Source: Bacillota bacterium
Lineage (GTDB): Bacteria; Bacillota; Dehalobacteriia; UBA4068
Reading direction: 5' to 3'
Assembly (NCBI GenBank): GCA_031553915.1
Contig: JAVBKT010000017.1
Location: 6,357 to 70,356 of the forward strand
DNA length: 64,000 nt
In this document: positions 10,259 to 23,660 of the stretch, one piece after another
How the letters are laid out: the number at the start of each line of letters is the position of its first letter
Position numbering within the stretch: the stretch's first letter is position 1
Made by a program: the position numbers and the translations under genes
Notes under the pieces: generated by a model
What the model saw: the letters and a program-made list of their open reading frames with translations, nothing else
Told to the model about the DNA's origin: nothing
Database searches by the model: none

Positions 10259-12502
10259 TTGATGAGGGATACGAAGATATTGGATAAATTAAACCAAGAA
10301 CAAAGCAGAGCAGTTAATTCTCCTGGACAACATGTTTTGGTTGTAGCAGGAGCGGGCAGCGGTAAAACCAGAGTTTTGGTTCACCGCTTAGCTTGGTTGA
10401 TTGAAGAAAGACAGATCAACCCCAATCATATCATGGCAGTTACCTTCACCAATAAAGCTGCAAATGAGATGAAAGAGCGGGTAGAGGATATGACCGGTAT
10501 TAATACCCGGTGGATGTGGATTGGTACTTTTCATTCGCTGTGCAGCCGGCTGCTGCGTATGGAAGCTGAAAATTTTGGCATTGCGCGTGATTTTGTCATC
10601 TATGATGATGCGGACAGCAAGGCCTTGATTAAACGCGGCATTGCTGATTTGGGCCTTGTCACCGAAGAAAAAGATTATCATCCCGCTGCTGTTTTGGCGC
10701 AAATATCCGACGCCAAAAACAGGCTGCAAACGCCCGGCGAATATGAGCAGGTGGCCTCAGATATCTGGACGCAAAATGTGGCGAGGATTTACCGCCGCTA
10801 TCAAAACATGCTCAAGGCAGCCAATGCCTTCGATTTTGATGATTTGCTCACCCAAACAGTATGGCTTTTAGAAAAGCACCAGGAGGTGCTCGACCGCTAC
10901 CGTGAACGTTTCTCACATATTCTGGTGGATGAATATCAGGATACCAATCATTGCCAATACCGTTTTATTCGCCTTTTAGCTGGGGATCAAGGCAGCATTT
11001 TTGCCGTTGGCGATCCTGACCAGTCTATTTATAAGTGGCGTGGTGCGGATATTTCCAATATTCTTGATTTTACCAAGCATTACCCAGATTGTGTCGAGCT
11101 GCAGCTTAACCAAAATTACCGCTCTACGCAGAATATTCTTGATGCGGCTAATGCGGTTATTGCCAATAATCTGGCCCGTAAAGAAAAAAACCTTTATACT
11201 GATGCTGGCGCAGGCGAAAAGCTGACTTATTATCATGCTAATACTGACCGTGAGGAAGCCTATTATGTCTTGCAAACCATAGCTCATTTGGTAGCGGAAG
11301 GATATTCGCTTTCTGATTGCGCGATATTGTTCCGCACTCACGGCCAAAGCCGTCTCTTTGAACATGAATGCGTTAGGTTTAATATTGATTACCGCATCTA
11401 TGGCGGCCTCAAATTTTATGAACGCAAAGAAGTTAAGGACACCCTGGCCTATTTGCGTCTGGCAGCTAATCCATATGATACCGAGGCTTTACGCAGAATT
11501 TATAATGAGCCTAAAAGAGGCATCGGCAAAAGCAGCTGGGATAACTTGGTGGCAATTGCAGAAGCTAACGATAAACCGCTATGGGACGTTTTGGCTAATA
11601 TCAAAAACGAAGACGGCTTTAACAAAGCAGCAAACAAGAAACTGTATGATCTGTATCAGCTGCTGTGCCGGCTGCATGACTTTTCGGAAACAGGCGGCAC
11701 AATTGCGGAGCTAGTTAGTGAAGTTTGGCGCAGTACTAATTATCAGGAAATGCTGGCCAATGACCCCAAAAAAGAGGAAAAACAGGAGATTCTCGAGCAG
11801 TTTTTTGATGCAGCCAGTGATTTTGACCGCTATTATCAGGAAAACTATGAAACTATCCCCGAGGAAGAGCCAGACAGCCCCTTGCTCTCCTTTTTGAACC
11901 AGGTGGCCTTGGCTACAGACATGGATTCATCGTCCGAAAATCAGGACTATTTAACCTTGATGACTCTTCATGCTGCCAAAGGTTTGGAGTTTCCCGTCAT
12001 TTTTCTGGTAGGGATGGAGGAAGGGCTTTTCCCGCATAAGAGGATAATTTTCAGCCCGAGTGATGAGGAAATGGAAGAAGAGCGCAGGCTGTGCTATGTG
12101 GGCATGACCCGCGCCAAAGAGCGGCTGTATTTGACAGCAGCTATGAGCCGCCAGCAATGGGGGCGTTATGAGAATAATAAAACCTCCCGCTTTATCGGCG
12201 AGATTCCGGAAGCCTTAATGGATAAATCCGGATCGTATCAGCAGGCGGAAAATAATAGCTATAAAAAAGCGCAGCCCAAGCCGAAAAGGGAATCATTGTT
12301 TGTGCAAAACAAGCCCCTGCTTGCGCCAGCCAAACAGGTTGAGCTGATCTCAGTGGGCGATAAGCTGCGGCATGCCAAGTTTGGCGATGGGGTAGTGGTA
12401 AAAATTACTGGCGGCGGCGAGGATATGCTGTTGGAAGTAGCCTTCCCTAATCTTGGCATCAAGAAACTGATTTGGAAATATGCTCCGGTGAAAAAAATTT
12501 AG
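10259..12502 (+). CDS. pcrA: ATP-dependent DNA helicase PcrA/UvrD
   Basis: AGAGSGKT, VDEYQDTN, QNYRST, HAAKGLEF, EEERRLCYVGMTRA; adjacent to ligA. Confidence 0.96.
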   Translation: MMRDTKILDKLNQEQSRAVNSPGQHVLVVAGAGSGKTRVLVHRLAWLIEERQINPNHIMAVTFTNKAANEMKERVEDMTGINTRWMWIGTFHSLCSRLLRMEAENFGIARDFVIYDDADSKALIKRGIADLGLVTEEKDYHPAAVLAQISDAKNRLQTPGEYEQVASDIWTQNVARIYRRYQNMLKAANAFDFDDLLTQTVWLLEKHQEVLDRYRERFSHILVDEYQDTNHCQYRFIRLLAGDQGSIFAVGDPDQSIYKWRGADISNILDFTKHYPDCVELQLNQNYRSTQNILDAANAVIANNLARKEKNLYTDAGAGEKLTYYHANTDREEAYYVLQTIAHLVAEGYSLSDCAILFRTHGQSRLFEHECVRFNIDYRIYGGLKFYERKEVKDTLAYLRLAANPYDTEALRRIYNEPKRGIGKSSWDNLVAIAEANDKPLWDVLANIKNEDGFNKAANKKLYDLYQLLCRLHDFSETGGTIAELVSEVWRSTNYQEMLANDPKKEEKQEILEQFFDAASDFDRYYQENYETIPEEEPDSPLLSFLNQVALATDMDSSSENQDYLTLMTLHAAKGLEFPVIFLVGMEEGLFPHKRIIFSPSDEEMEEERRLCYVGMTRAKERLYLTAAMSRQQWGRYENNKTSRFIGEIPEALMDKSGSYQQAENNSYKKAQPKPKRESLFVQNKPLLAPAKQVELISVGDKLRHAKFGDGVVVKITGGGEDMLLEVAFPNLGIKKLIWKYAPVKKI

Positions 12503-12505
12503 TGA

Positions 12506-14871
<2,366 letters not shown>

Positions 14872-14882
<11 letters not shown>

Positions 14883-15552
14883 GCTTAATGCCAATATTAT
14901 GGATACCAATAATGCCTATGCCGCCCAAAACAGGTCACTGTTAGCGGCCAAGAAAATTGTAACCCTAAATATAATGGGCTCTCCCGGCGCCGGTAAAACG
15001 ACGTTTTTGGAGCGGCTGATTGCCGTGCTAGCGGCCAAAACTAGAGTAGCGGTGATTGAAGGAGATTTAGCGACCGCTAAGGATGCCCAGCGTATAGCAA
15101 TAACCGGCGCGGAGGTTATTCAGATTAATACTGACGGCGGCTGTCATCTGGACGCAAAAATGATTAGCCAGGTATTGCCCGGCTTTAAACTTGACCAGAC
15201 AGAGCTGCTGATTATCGAAAATGTCGGCAATCTTGTTTGCCCGGCTGGCTTTGACCTTGGCGAAGATATCCGTGTGGTGATGCTGAGTGTTACCGAAGGA
15301 ACGGACAAGCCCAGCAAGTATCCTGCCACTTTTTTTGAGGCGGACTGGGTGATTATTAATAAAATTGATTTACTGCCTTTCACTGATTTTGATTTAGCAG
15401 CTGCCAAGGCTGATATCCTCGCGATTAAGCCGGAGGCGCAAATATATGACTGCTGCTTTCGCATTGGCTTTGAGCAGGGATTAGATGCTATAGCTGATGA
15501 CATCTTCAACAAAATAGCGGCTAAACAAAGCAGCGGACAAGCGGAGGGTTGA
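14872..15552 (+). CDS. hypB: Hydrogenase Ni-incorporation GTPase HypB
   Basis: GSPGAGKT, GGCHLDA, ENVGNLVCP, NKIDL. Confidence 0.95.
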
Positions 15553-15553
15553 G

Positions 15554-17830
15554 TTGCAATCACGTTACCGCATCACAGTTAATGGTATAGTGCAAGGGGT
15601 AGGTTTCCGGCCCTTTATGTATAAACTGGCAAAGCGATACCAATTAGCCGGTTGGGTTGCTAATGCCACAAATGGTGTTATTGTGGAAATTGAGGGCAGT
15701 GATGAAGCTTGCCAACAATTGATTGATAATATTGAGAAACAAGCTCCGGAATTAGCACGTATCGATAAAGTAACTGCACAAAAAATTATCCCACAAAACG
15801 AGAAAAATTTTACGATCAAAGAGAGTCTCCCCGGAGAAAGAAAAACCTTGATTTCTCCAGACATGGGGATTTGTGAGCAGTGCTATGCTGATATCTGCGA
15901 TCCGAACAACCGTCGTTATGGCTATGCTTTTACTAATTGCACTAGCTGCGGGCCGCGTTTTTCGATCATTAAAGATTTGCCCTATGACCGCGCTTTGACC
16001 ACGATGGCCGCCTTCCGGCAGTGCCGGAAGTGTCAGGCGGAGTTTGATAATCCGCTTGACCGCCGTTTTCATGCCCAGCCCAATGCCTGTGCGGATTGCG
16101 GGCCACAGCTCAGCTATTGGGATGCCGCCGGGAATGCTTTGCCCGGCGATGCATTGGCCCAGGCCAAAGCAGATATTGCGGCGGGGAAAATTATTGCCGT
16201 TAAGGGCATTGGCGGCTATCACCTGGTCTGCGATGCGCTTAATCAATTTGCTGTCGCTACTCTGCGCCAGCGTAAACACCGCTATGATAAGCCTTTTGCG
16301 GTGATGATGGCTGATCTCGATACTGTGCGGGAATATTGCCATTGCAGCCCGGAAGAAGAACAATTGCTGACGAGCCAGCGGCGGCCGATAGTCTTACTCA
16401 CGAAAAAAGATTCCGCGGCAAAAATAGCTGATCAGGTTGCGCCGGAAAACAGCAGACTGGGAGTAATGCTGCCCTATACGCCGCTGCATTATCTGATATG
16501 CTCTGGTTTCGATGTTTTGGTGATGACCAGCGCGAATCTCTCTGATGAACCGATTGTCTATGATGATCAGGAGATGTCGGCCAGATTATCAACAATTACC
16601 GATGCTGTTTTGACGCATAACCGGCCAATCTTCCGCCGCTGTGATGACAGTGTAATGGTTAGTAGTCGATATGGACCATTATTCTTGCGCCGTTCGCGCG
16701 GTTTTGCGCCGGAACCAATCACAATCGCTGATTGCGGTCAAAACGTTCTAGCTGTTGGCGCAGAGCAGAAGAATACCTTTTGCCTGACCCGCCAAGACGA
16801 AGCGATTATCAGCCAGCATATCGGCGAGCTTGATAATCATGGCACTTATCAAAGCTATCAGCAGGAAATAGCCTATTTTATTAAAATGTTTGACGCTAAG
16901 CCGCAAGTGATTGCCTATGATATGCACCCCAATTATTTATCCAGCCACTATGCCTTGGCGCAGGATAGCAGTTTATTGAAAATCCCGGTGCAGCATCATC
17001 ATGCGCATTTTGCCTCTGTGCTGGCCGAGCATAAGATAGAAGAGCCAGCTCTGGCCCTGATTTATGACGGCACTGGTTTTGGTCTGGATAACAGCTTGTG
17101 GGGTGGGGAAGTACTGCTTGGCGATATGTGTAGTTTTGAACGCAAGGCGCATTTATTGCCTTTGGCCCTACCAGGAGGCGAGCAGGCGATACATCAGCCG
17201 TGGCGGCAGGCGATGAGCGTCTTGGTGGCCGCCTTTGGGCCGGACAAATTGTCCGAGCATGCCCCGCCTGGGCTGCTGAAACAAGGATGGCAAACTCTGC
17301 TGCAAGCGATGCTGGCCGGGATTAACGCCCCGCTGAGCTCAGGGATGGGCCGCTTGTTTGACGCGGTCACGGCATTGCTTGGTATTGGCGAATATGTAAA
17401 TTATGAAGGGCAGGCAGCAGTAGCCCTAGAGCAAGCGATTGTCGCTGATGCGGAAGGTAAAGCCTATAGCTTTGCTATCAACAAAGAGCAAAGCGCCTAT
17501 CTGATTGATTGGCGCCATCTGATTAAGCAAGTGGTTGACGATATGGCCTCGGGGGTTGACAAGGGTATTATTGCCGGGCGCTTTCACCGGGCTGTTGTTG
17601 TGATGTCGCTGCAAATAGCTCTTCTTTTGCGCGAGGAGACGGGCATAAATATCGTCGCTTTTTCCGGCGGCTGCTGGCAAAATATCTATTTGCTGAACAA
17701 CACTTATCAAAGCTTGCAGGCTGCCGGGTTCAAAGTCTATTTTAATCAAAAAGTACCCATCAATGACGGGGGTATCGCTTATGGGCAGGCTGCGGTGGCA
17801 GCGGCAAAGATTAGCAAAGGAGAAATATAA
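15554..17830 (+). CDS. hypF: Carbamoyltransferase HypF
   Basis: GIVQGVGFRP acylphosphatase domain, Zn fingers, RRFHAQP, QHHHAH, NDGGIAYGQ. Confidence 0.96.
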   Translation: MQSRYRITVNGIVQGVGFRPFMYKLAKRYQLAGWVANATNGVIVEIEGSDEACQQLIDNIEKQAPELARIDKVTAQKIIPQNEKNFTIKESLPGERKTLISPDMGICEQCYADICDPNNRRYGYAFTNCTSCGPRFSIIKDLPYDRALTTMAAFRQCRKCQAEFDNPLDRRFHAQPNACADCGPQLSYWDAAGNALPGDALAQAKADIAAGKIIAVKGIGGYHLVCDALNQFAVATLRQRKHRYDKPFAVMMADLDTVREYCHCSPEEEQLLTSQRRPIVLLTKKDSAAKIADQVAPENSRLGVMLPYTPLHYLICSGFDVLVMTSANLSDEPIVYDDQEMSARLSTITDAVLTHNRPIFRRCDDSVMVSSRYGPLFLRRSRGFAPEPITIADCGQNVLAVGAEQKNTFCLTRQDEAIISQHIGELDNHGTYQSYQQEIAYFIKMFDAKPQVIAYDMHPNYLSSHYALAQDSSLLKIPVQHHHAHFASVLAEHKIEEPALALIYDGTGFGLDNSLWGGEVLLGDMCSFERKAHLLPLALPGGEQAIHQPWRQAMSVLVAAFGPDKLSEHAPPGLLKQGWQTLLQAMLAGINAPLSSGMGRLFDAVTALLGIGEYVNYEGQAAVALEQAIVADAEGKAYSFAINKEQSAYLIDWRHLIKQVVDDMASGVDKGIIAGRFHRAVVVMSLQIALLLREETGINIVAFSGGCWQNIYLLNNTYQSLQAAGFKVYFNQKVPINDGGIAYGQAAVAAAKISKGEI

Positions 17831-17832
17831 TT

Positions 17833-18054
17833 ATGTGTTTAGCTATTCCGGGTATAGTCAAAGCTATTGATATAGCAGAGCAAAAGGCCAGTATTGACTA
17901 TAATGGGGTGAGCAGGACCGCCTCGATTATGCTGATGCCAGAGGTTAAGCTTGAAGATTATGTGCTGGTGCATGCCGGGTTCATTATCCAGATTTTTGAG
18001 CAGAAGGATGGCGAAGAATTAAGCAAATTGACGGAGGAAATAGGCCTTGTCTAA
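17833..18054 (+). CDS. hypC: HypC
   Basis: MCLAIPG, YVLVHAG. Confidence 0.95.
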   Translation: MCLAIPGIVKAIDIAEQKASIDYNGVSRTASIMLMPEVKLEDYVLVHAGFIIQIFEQKDGEELSKLTEEIGLV

Positions 18055-19129
18055 TGTGAACCAATTCCGCGATAAAGCGGAAATTAACAAGCTATCCACC
18101 TATATCAAAAGCTTAACCACCAGACCGATCTCGATTATGGAGGTTTGCGGCACGCATACTATGAGCATTGCCCGCTGGGGTATAAGGGATTTTTTGCCGC
18201 CAAATATCCGTCTTGTTTCCGGCCCGGGCTGCCCGGTCTGTGTAACTGATACCTCTACCATGGCTGCGGCTATTGCTTTGGCCCAGAGACCGGGGCTTAT
18301 TTTTACTTGTTTTGGCGATATGCTGCGGGTGCCGGCAGGGGAGAACAGCCTGCTGCAATTGCAGGGAGAGGGATATGATATCCGGGTGGTGCTGTCGCCT
18401 TTGGAAGCGCTGGAGCTTGCGGAACAAAACCCCAAGCAAGAGGTCGTATTTTTTGCGGTGGGCTTTGAGACCACTGCGCCCCTGAGCGCGGCAGTTATTG
18501 AGCTGGCTAAGCAACGCCATATCACTAATTTTTCTATGCTGTGCGCTCATAAAACAATGCCTGCTGCCATTACTGCGCTGCTTAGCAACAGCAACATTGA
18601 CGCGCTGCTGTGCCCAGGGCATGTAGCTGCGATTACCGGCGCAGAGCAGTTCGGCTTTATCCCCAGGGTATTAAATCGTCCTGCGGCTATTGCCGGGTTC
18701 GAGCCTCTGGATATTATGCTGGCTATCGCTTATTTGGTGAGAGATCTGGCTGGCAATAATTATTCTTTGTATAATTGTTATTCGCGTATTGTCAGTGAAA
18801 AAGGGAATATTATCGCTCAGCAAAAGATGGAGCATGTCTTTGAAGCGGCAGATGTTACCTGGCGCGGCATTGGTAGTATCTGTGCCAGCGGGCTTAAGAT
18901 CAGGGAACAATTTTCCGCTTTTGATGCAGAGGGAAAATTTACTATTCATGCAGAGATTTTGCATGATAATCCAGCTTGCTCCTGCGCGGAAATATTGCAA
19001 GGAGAAATGGAACCGCAAAATTGTCCGCTTTTTGGGACAGAATGTTTGCCCAATCATCCGCTAGGTGCATGTATGGTTTCTTCAGAGGGTAGTTGCGCCG
19101 CTGCGTATAGATATTTAAGGAGAAAATAA
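18047..19129 (+). CDS. hypD: HypD
   Basis: MEVCGTHT, GPGCPVC, GFETT, CMVSSEGSCAA. Confidence 0.96.
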   Translation: MSNVNQFRDKAEINKLSTYIKSLTTRPISIMEVCGTHTMSIARWGIRDFLPPNIRLVSGPGCPVCVTDTSTMAAAIALAQRPGLIFTCFGDMLRVPAGENSLLQLQGEGYDIRVVLSPLEALELAEQNPKQEVVFFAVGFETTAPLSAAVIELAKQRHITNFSMLCAHKTMPAAITALLSNSNIDALLCPGHVAAITGAEQFGFIPRVLNRPAAIAGFEPLDIMLAIAYLVRDLAGNNYSLYNCYSRIVSEKGNIIAQQKMEHVFEAADVTWRGIGSICASGLKIREQFSAFDAEGKFTIHAEILHDNPACSCAEILQGEMEPQNCPLFGTECLPNHPLGACMVSSEGSCAAAYRYLRRK

Positions 19130-20145
19130 TGATCAAAGACAAAATTATATCACTCGAATATGGCAGTGGAGGAGAAAGCTATCACCGCTTGGTGCAAGAG
19201 GTCTTTGTGCCATATTTTGCCAATCCAGAGCTGATTGAATTGGGCGATGCGGCGATTTGCGCCTTTGATGATCAGCGCTATCTGGCCATGACCACCGATG
19301 CTTTTGTGGTTAAGCCCTTATTTTTTCCGGGCGGCGATATTGGTTCTCTTTCTGTTTGCGGCACCATCAATGATCTGGCCATGAGCGGCGCCAAGCCGCT
19401 CTATTTGACCTGTTCGATGATCATTGAGGCTGGTTTTGCCATGGAAGATCTTCAAAAAATTTGCAGCTCAATGGCGCAAACAGCCAAAAATGCCGGGGTT
19501 AAGATAGTTGCCGGAGACACTAAGGTGGTAGAAAAAAACGCTTGTGACGGCATTTTTATTACCACAACAGGGGTAGGGATATTTCCCTATGGCTATCGCA
19601 GACAAAAGCAGGTGCTCGCAACCGGGGATAAGATAATTATCTCAGGCGATATTGCCTGTCATGGCATGGCAGTGATGGCAGCCCGGCATAATCTGCATTT
19701 TGAGCCGCAAATATGCAGTGATGTTGCGCCTTTGGATACTCTTAGCGCAGCAGCAAGATCTGTAGCCGGGGGAGTGAAGCTGATGCGTGACCCCACCCGG
19801 GGCGGTATTTCCGGAACATTAAACGAGTGGGCGGATGAGCATAATTGCGCTATTATTATTAAGGAAGAAGCTGTGCCAATGAGCGCGGAGATTGCGGCAG
19901 CTTGCAATCTGCTGGGTATTGATCCCTTTCATGTGGCCAATGAGGGCAAAATGGTAGTTGTTGCCAGTCAGGATCAAGCGGACGCTGTCTTAGCGGCAAT
20001 GCAAAAGCATCCATTGGGGACAACAAGCGCCATTGTCGGTGAGATTGATATGGCTGATGATCAGGGCGTCTATGCGCTCACAGAAATAGGCAGCAAAAGA
20101 ATAGTGAGAACAATTGACGGCGAGCAATTGCCCCGGATATGTTGA
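19129..20145 (+). CDS. hypE: HypE
   Basis: FPGGDIG, RDPTRGG, C-terminal PRIC. Confidence 0.96.
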   Translation: MIKDKIISLEYGSGGESYHRLVQEVFVPYFANPELIELGDAAICAFDDQRYLAMTTDAFVVKPLFFPGGDIGSLSVCGTINDLAMSGAKPLYLTCSMIIEAGFAMEDLQKICSSMAQTAKNAGVKIVAGDTKVVEKNACDGIFITTTGVGIFPYGYRRQKQVLATGDKIIISGDIACHGMAVMAARHNLHFEPQICSDVAPLDTLSAAARSVAGGVKLMRDPTRGGISGTLNEWADEHNCAIIIKEEAVPMSAEIAAACNLLGIDPFHVANEGKMVVVASQDQADAVLAAMQKHPLGTTSAIVGEIDMADDQGVYALTEIGSKRIVRTIDGEQLPRIC

Positions 20146-20169
20146 AAACGTTCCGCGAATAGTCAGAAT

Positions 20170-20229
20170 TTTGTGCATATTATTTTTATGCATAAACTTC
20201 TTGACCAACAGACCAAATCAGTATAAAAT
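20170..20229 (+). promoter_or_regulatory. SigA-like promoter of the hydrogenase operon with an upstream imperfect inverted repeat
   Basis: TTGACC(20201)-17bp-TAAAAT(20224); TTTGTGCATA...TATGCATAAA just upstream of the -35. Confidence 0.55.
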
Positions 20230-20326
20230 AGATTCGATAGTGATCAGCTATGCTTTTTTTGTGTTAAGAGCTATTTGTATACCTGTTTTTTTGTTTGATA
20301 TCTAAAGATTTTGAAGGAGAACACGA

Positions 20327-21754
20327 ATGGGTAGTCCAGGAATTATACTTGCTTGTATTTTTGTTCCTTTGCTAGGCTCTTTTATTTTGCCTATCCTGGG
20401 GAGGATTAATACAGGACTCCGTAATATTGCGTCTTTACTTTTTGTCCTGATTGCCTTTGTTTGTGCGGCAATAGCCCTGCCCCAAGTATTAAACGGAACC
20501 CCACTACAAATTTCGGTGGCATTGCCTCTGGGACTCAGCTTTGGCTTTTTGGCTGATGGACTAGCTGTCTTTATGGCAATGACATCCTCATTAGTGGCGG
20601 CAATCATCGTCTTTTATTCATTTGGTTATATCGAGCATTATGATAACCAAAACGAGTATTATATGATGGTGCTATTGTTTATTGGCGCAATGATGGGCTT
20701 GGTCTTTTCTACCAATCTTATCCTTATTTATTTGTTCTGGGAAATCTCCGCTGTATGTTGTTGGAGATTGATTGGTTTTTATCGCCAAAAGGATGTTGTG
20801 CTTAAGGCTGATAAGGCATTTCTTATCACTGTCGGAGGCGCTCTTTTTATGCTGGCGGGATTTATTGCCATTTATATCCAGGGCGGGTCTTTCGACCTAA
20901 TGGAATTACAGGGCAAAGGCTTGGATAACTGGATAGTTATTCTGGTTCTCTTTGGCATACTCTCCAAATCAGCCACCTTGCCATTTCATTCCTGGCTGCC
21001 GGATGCCGGTGTGGCGCCATCTCCTGTTACTTCACTGCTCCATGCAGCAGTGCTGGTGAAAATCGGCGTCTATGTTTATGCGCGGCTGTTCCTGGTCAAT
21101 TTCCATCTGGATGTGGCGTGGGAGACCATCATACCCATTATCGCCGCAGTATCAGGCATTGTTGCGGCCGGAGCGGCTATCCTCGAAAACAATATCAAGC
21201 GCATTATCGCTTATTCAACAATCAGCCAGCTGGCCTTTATTTTCCTTGGCCTTTCTATTGGCAATATGATTGGCGCTGCCGGCGGCTTGCTCTATATTTT
21301 GATGCATTCTCTGGCCAAGGGCGGTTTGTTCCTTTGCGCCGGTATTGTCGAACATAGCACACATACCAAAGATATCAGAGAAATGGGCGGCTTATCCAAG
21401 AAATTGCCTGTAACTGCTGTTTCCTTTGCTTTATGCGCCTTTTCTGTTATGGGCATACCGCCCTTTGGTGGTTTTTTCTCCAAATATTTAGTGATTAATG
21501 GCGCTGTTGTGGCCAGCCAGCCGTGGATTGCTACGGTGTTTATCATTGGTGCGGTCATGACAGTTATCTATTTGCTCAGAGTGTTTGTGAAAGTGTTCTT
21601 TGGCAAGCAGACGCATCCTGATATTAAAGAGGGGTCTTGGGAAATGGTTGCCTCGGTGGGCATTTTAGGAGCTCTCTCTTTGCTTGCCGGAATATTCATC
21701 AATATTCCATCGCAGTTAACTACATTTATTGTTGAATCATTGGGGAGGTGGTAA
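20327..21754 (+). CDS. Hydrogenase antiporter-like membrane subunit (NuoL/MrpA-D family)
   Basis: HSWLPDAGVAPSPVTSLLHAA, KRIIAYSTISQL; polytopic. Confidence 0.88.
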   Translation: MGSPGIILACIFVPLLGSFILPILGRINTGLRNIASLLFVLIAFVCAAIALPQVLNGTPLQISVALPLGLSFGFLADGLAVFMAMTSSLVAAIIVFYSFGYIEHYDNQNEYYMMVLLFIGAMMGLVFSTNLILIYLFWEISAVCCWRLIGFYRQKDVVLKADKAFLITVGGALFMLAGFIAIYIQGGSFDLMELQGKGLDNWIVILVLFGILSKSATLPFHSWLPDAGVAPSPVTSLLHAAVLVKIGVYVYARLFLVNFHLDVAWETIIPIIAAVSGIVAAGAAILENNIKRIIAYSTISQLAFIFLGLSIGNMIGAAGGLLYILMHSLAKGGLFLCAGIVEHSTHTKDIREMGGLSKKLPVTAVSFALCAFSVMGIPPFGGFFSKYLVINGAVVASQPWIATVFIIGAVMTVIYLLRVFVKVFFGKQTHPDIKEGSWEMVASVGILGALSLLAGIFINIPSQLTTFIVESLGRW

Positions 21755-21757
21755 GAA

Positions 21758-23644
21758 ATGTTTAGTGCGCTTAATTCGCTTATCACTTCTGGAAGTGGTC
21801 TTAATATTCTCATGCTGATGATTGTTGTGCCGGCGGTTTTTGCTCTGGGTACTCTCTTTATTAGCAAAAAGGCGTATTGGGGACAGGCTATTACTTTTCT
21901 TGTCGCCACAGTTTTGAATTTGTTGTTTGCCATTGGCTTGTTTGTTGGGGAAGAGGCGACTTTACTCTTGCCCTGGGCTGGCTTTGGCATTAACCTTGCG
22001 CTTAGAGTATATGATTTTTCGCAGCTGATGATTTTGGCTGCTGCGGTATTTATCTTCCTGGTGGGCCTATATTCTGTCTCTTTCCTGAAAGACAAGGCCT
22101 ATAGCGGACGTTTCTTCTTTTACTATTTAGTTACTCTGGCATTGGTTAACGGCGCCTTTTTGGCCAACAACCTCGTGGTTATGCTTTTCTTCTGGGAAGG
22201 TTTGCTGGCAACTTTGTTTGGCATGTTGGTGCTTGTCAATAAAGAAAAACCAAAAGCTGCCTTAAAAGCGCTGACTCTTAATGGTGTTGCAGACCTGTTG
22301 CTGATGCTGGGTATTGCTTGTACCTGCATGAGCAGCGGCACGATGATGATGGATGTGATGAAAGATATCCCCATCGAAGGATTGGGCATCGTCGGCTTTG
22401 TCTGTATGATGCTAGGCGCGGCCGGTAAGGCGGGGTCTATGCCTTTCCATAGCTGGATACCGGATGCGGCTGATGCGGCTCCTTTGCCTTTCATGGCAAT
22501 TTTGCCGGCAGCTTTGGAAAAAATGCTTGGCATCTATTTGCTGGCCAGAATTGCTATGAATTTTTATGACTTTCAACCAGGCAGCACAGTCAGCATTGTG
22601 ATGATGTCTATCGGCGCGGTGACTATTGTCGGCGCTGTGGCCATGGCCTTGATTCAAAAGGATATGAAACGGTTACTTTCCTTCCATGCGATCAGCCAGG
22701 TTGGCTATATGACGCTGGGCATTGGTACGGCTTTGCCGGTTGGTATTATCGGCGGCCTCTTCCATATGATCAACCATGTTATCTATAAGTGCTGCTTGTT
22801 CCTGACTGCCGGCTCCGTAGAAAAACGGGTAGGTACAACTGATTTACAGCAGTTTGGCGGCTTGGGACGTTTTATGCCGGTGACAGCAATTTGTTTCCTG
22901 GTTGCAGCGTTTTCCATCTCCGGCGTTCCGCCCTTTAATGGGTTCTTTTCCAAAGAGTTGGTTTTTGACGCTGCTCTGGAAAGCGGGATGATTTTCTATA
23001 TAGCAGCAGTATTAGGAGCATTTTTGACAGCAGCCTCCTTCCTCAAATTAGGGCATTCGGCCTTCTTTGGCAAAGCTAAGCTGCCGGAAGGAATTAATGG
23101 AAATAAAGTGATGGAAGCTCCGGGGGCCATGCTCCTGCCGATGATTGCATTGGCAGCCTTGTGTGTCTTCTTTGGTGTTTGCAACAGTGTACCGTTGTCC
23201 TTTATCCAACCTTTGTTGGGCGATGCCCTGGCTGGGAATAATTTTGCCGGCTGGCCGCATTCTACCACCTTGGTGATGATTTCCGTAGCAGTCTTACTCT
23301 TGGCAGTGCTGAACCATTATATTGGCGTGAGAAGCACCGGATCAGCCCTGAAGGCGGTGGATCATATCCACTATATGCCGGTTTTGCGGCAGATTTATAA
23401 TGGCGCGGAAAAACACTATTTTGACCCATATAGCATTTTGATGATGCTGATGAAATTTGTTGCTTATGTATGCTATTGTGTTGACCAAGCCATCAACTGG
23501 ATTTATGATGTCTTGTTGGTGCGCATTACCAATGGTACATCTGCGGCAATGAAGAACTTTAGCAATGGCAGCCCGTCGCGCTATATCTCCTGGATGTTCG
23601 CAGGGATGGCGTTCTTGCTGCTAGTGTTCATAATCTTGGTTTAG
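21758..23644 (+). CDS. Hydrogenase antiporter-like membrane subunit (NuoL-like)
   Basis: HSWIPDA, KRLLSFHAISQVG, GVPPFNGFFSK. Confidence 0.88.
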   Translation: MFSALNSLITSGSGLNILMLMIVVPAVFALGTLFISKKAYWGQAITFLVATVLNLLFAIGLFVGEEATLLLPWAGFGINLALRVYDFSQLMILAAAVFIFLVGLYSVSFLKDKAYSGRFFFYYLVTLALVNGAFLANNLVVMLFFWEGLLATLFGMLVLVNKEKPKAALKALTLNGVADLLLMLGIACTCMSSGTMMMDVMKDIPIEGLGIVGFVCMMLGAAGKAGSMPFHSWIPDAADAAPLPFMAILPAALEKMLGIYLLARIAMNFYDFQPGSTVSIVMMSIGAVTIVGAVAMALIQKDMKRLLSFHAISQVGYMTLGIGTALPVGIIGGLFHMINHVIYKCCLFLTAGSVEKRVGTTDLQQFGGLGRFMPVTAICFLVAAFSISGVPPFNGFFSKELVFDAALESGMIFYIAAVLGAFLTAASFLKLGHSAFFGKAKLPEGINGNKVMEAPGAMLLPMIALAALCVFFGVCNSVPLSFIQPLLGDALAGNNFAGWPHSTTLVMISVAVLLLAVLNHYIGVRSTGSALKAVDHIHYMPVLRQIYNGAEKHYFDPYSILMMLMKFVAYVCYCVDQAINWIYDVLLVRITNGTSAAMKNFSNGSPSRYISWMFAGMAFLLLVFIILV

Positions 23645-23660
23645 AGGAGGGGTGATATAG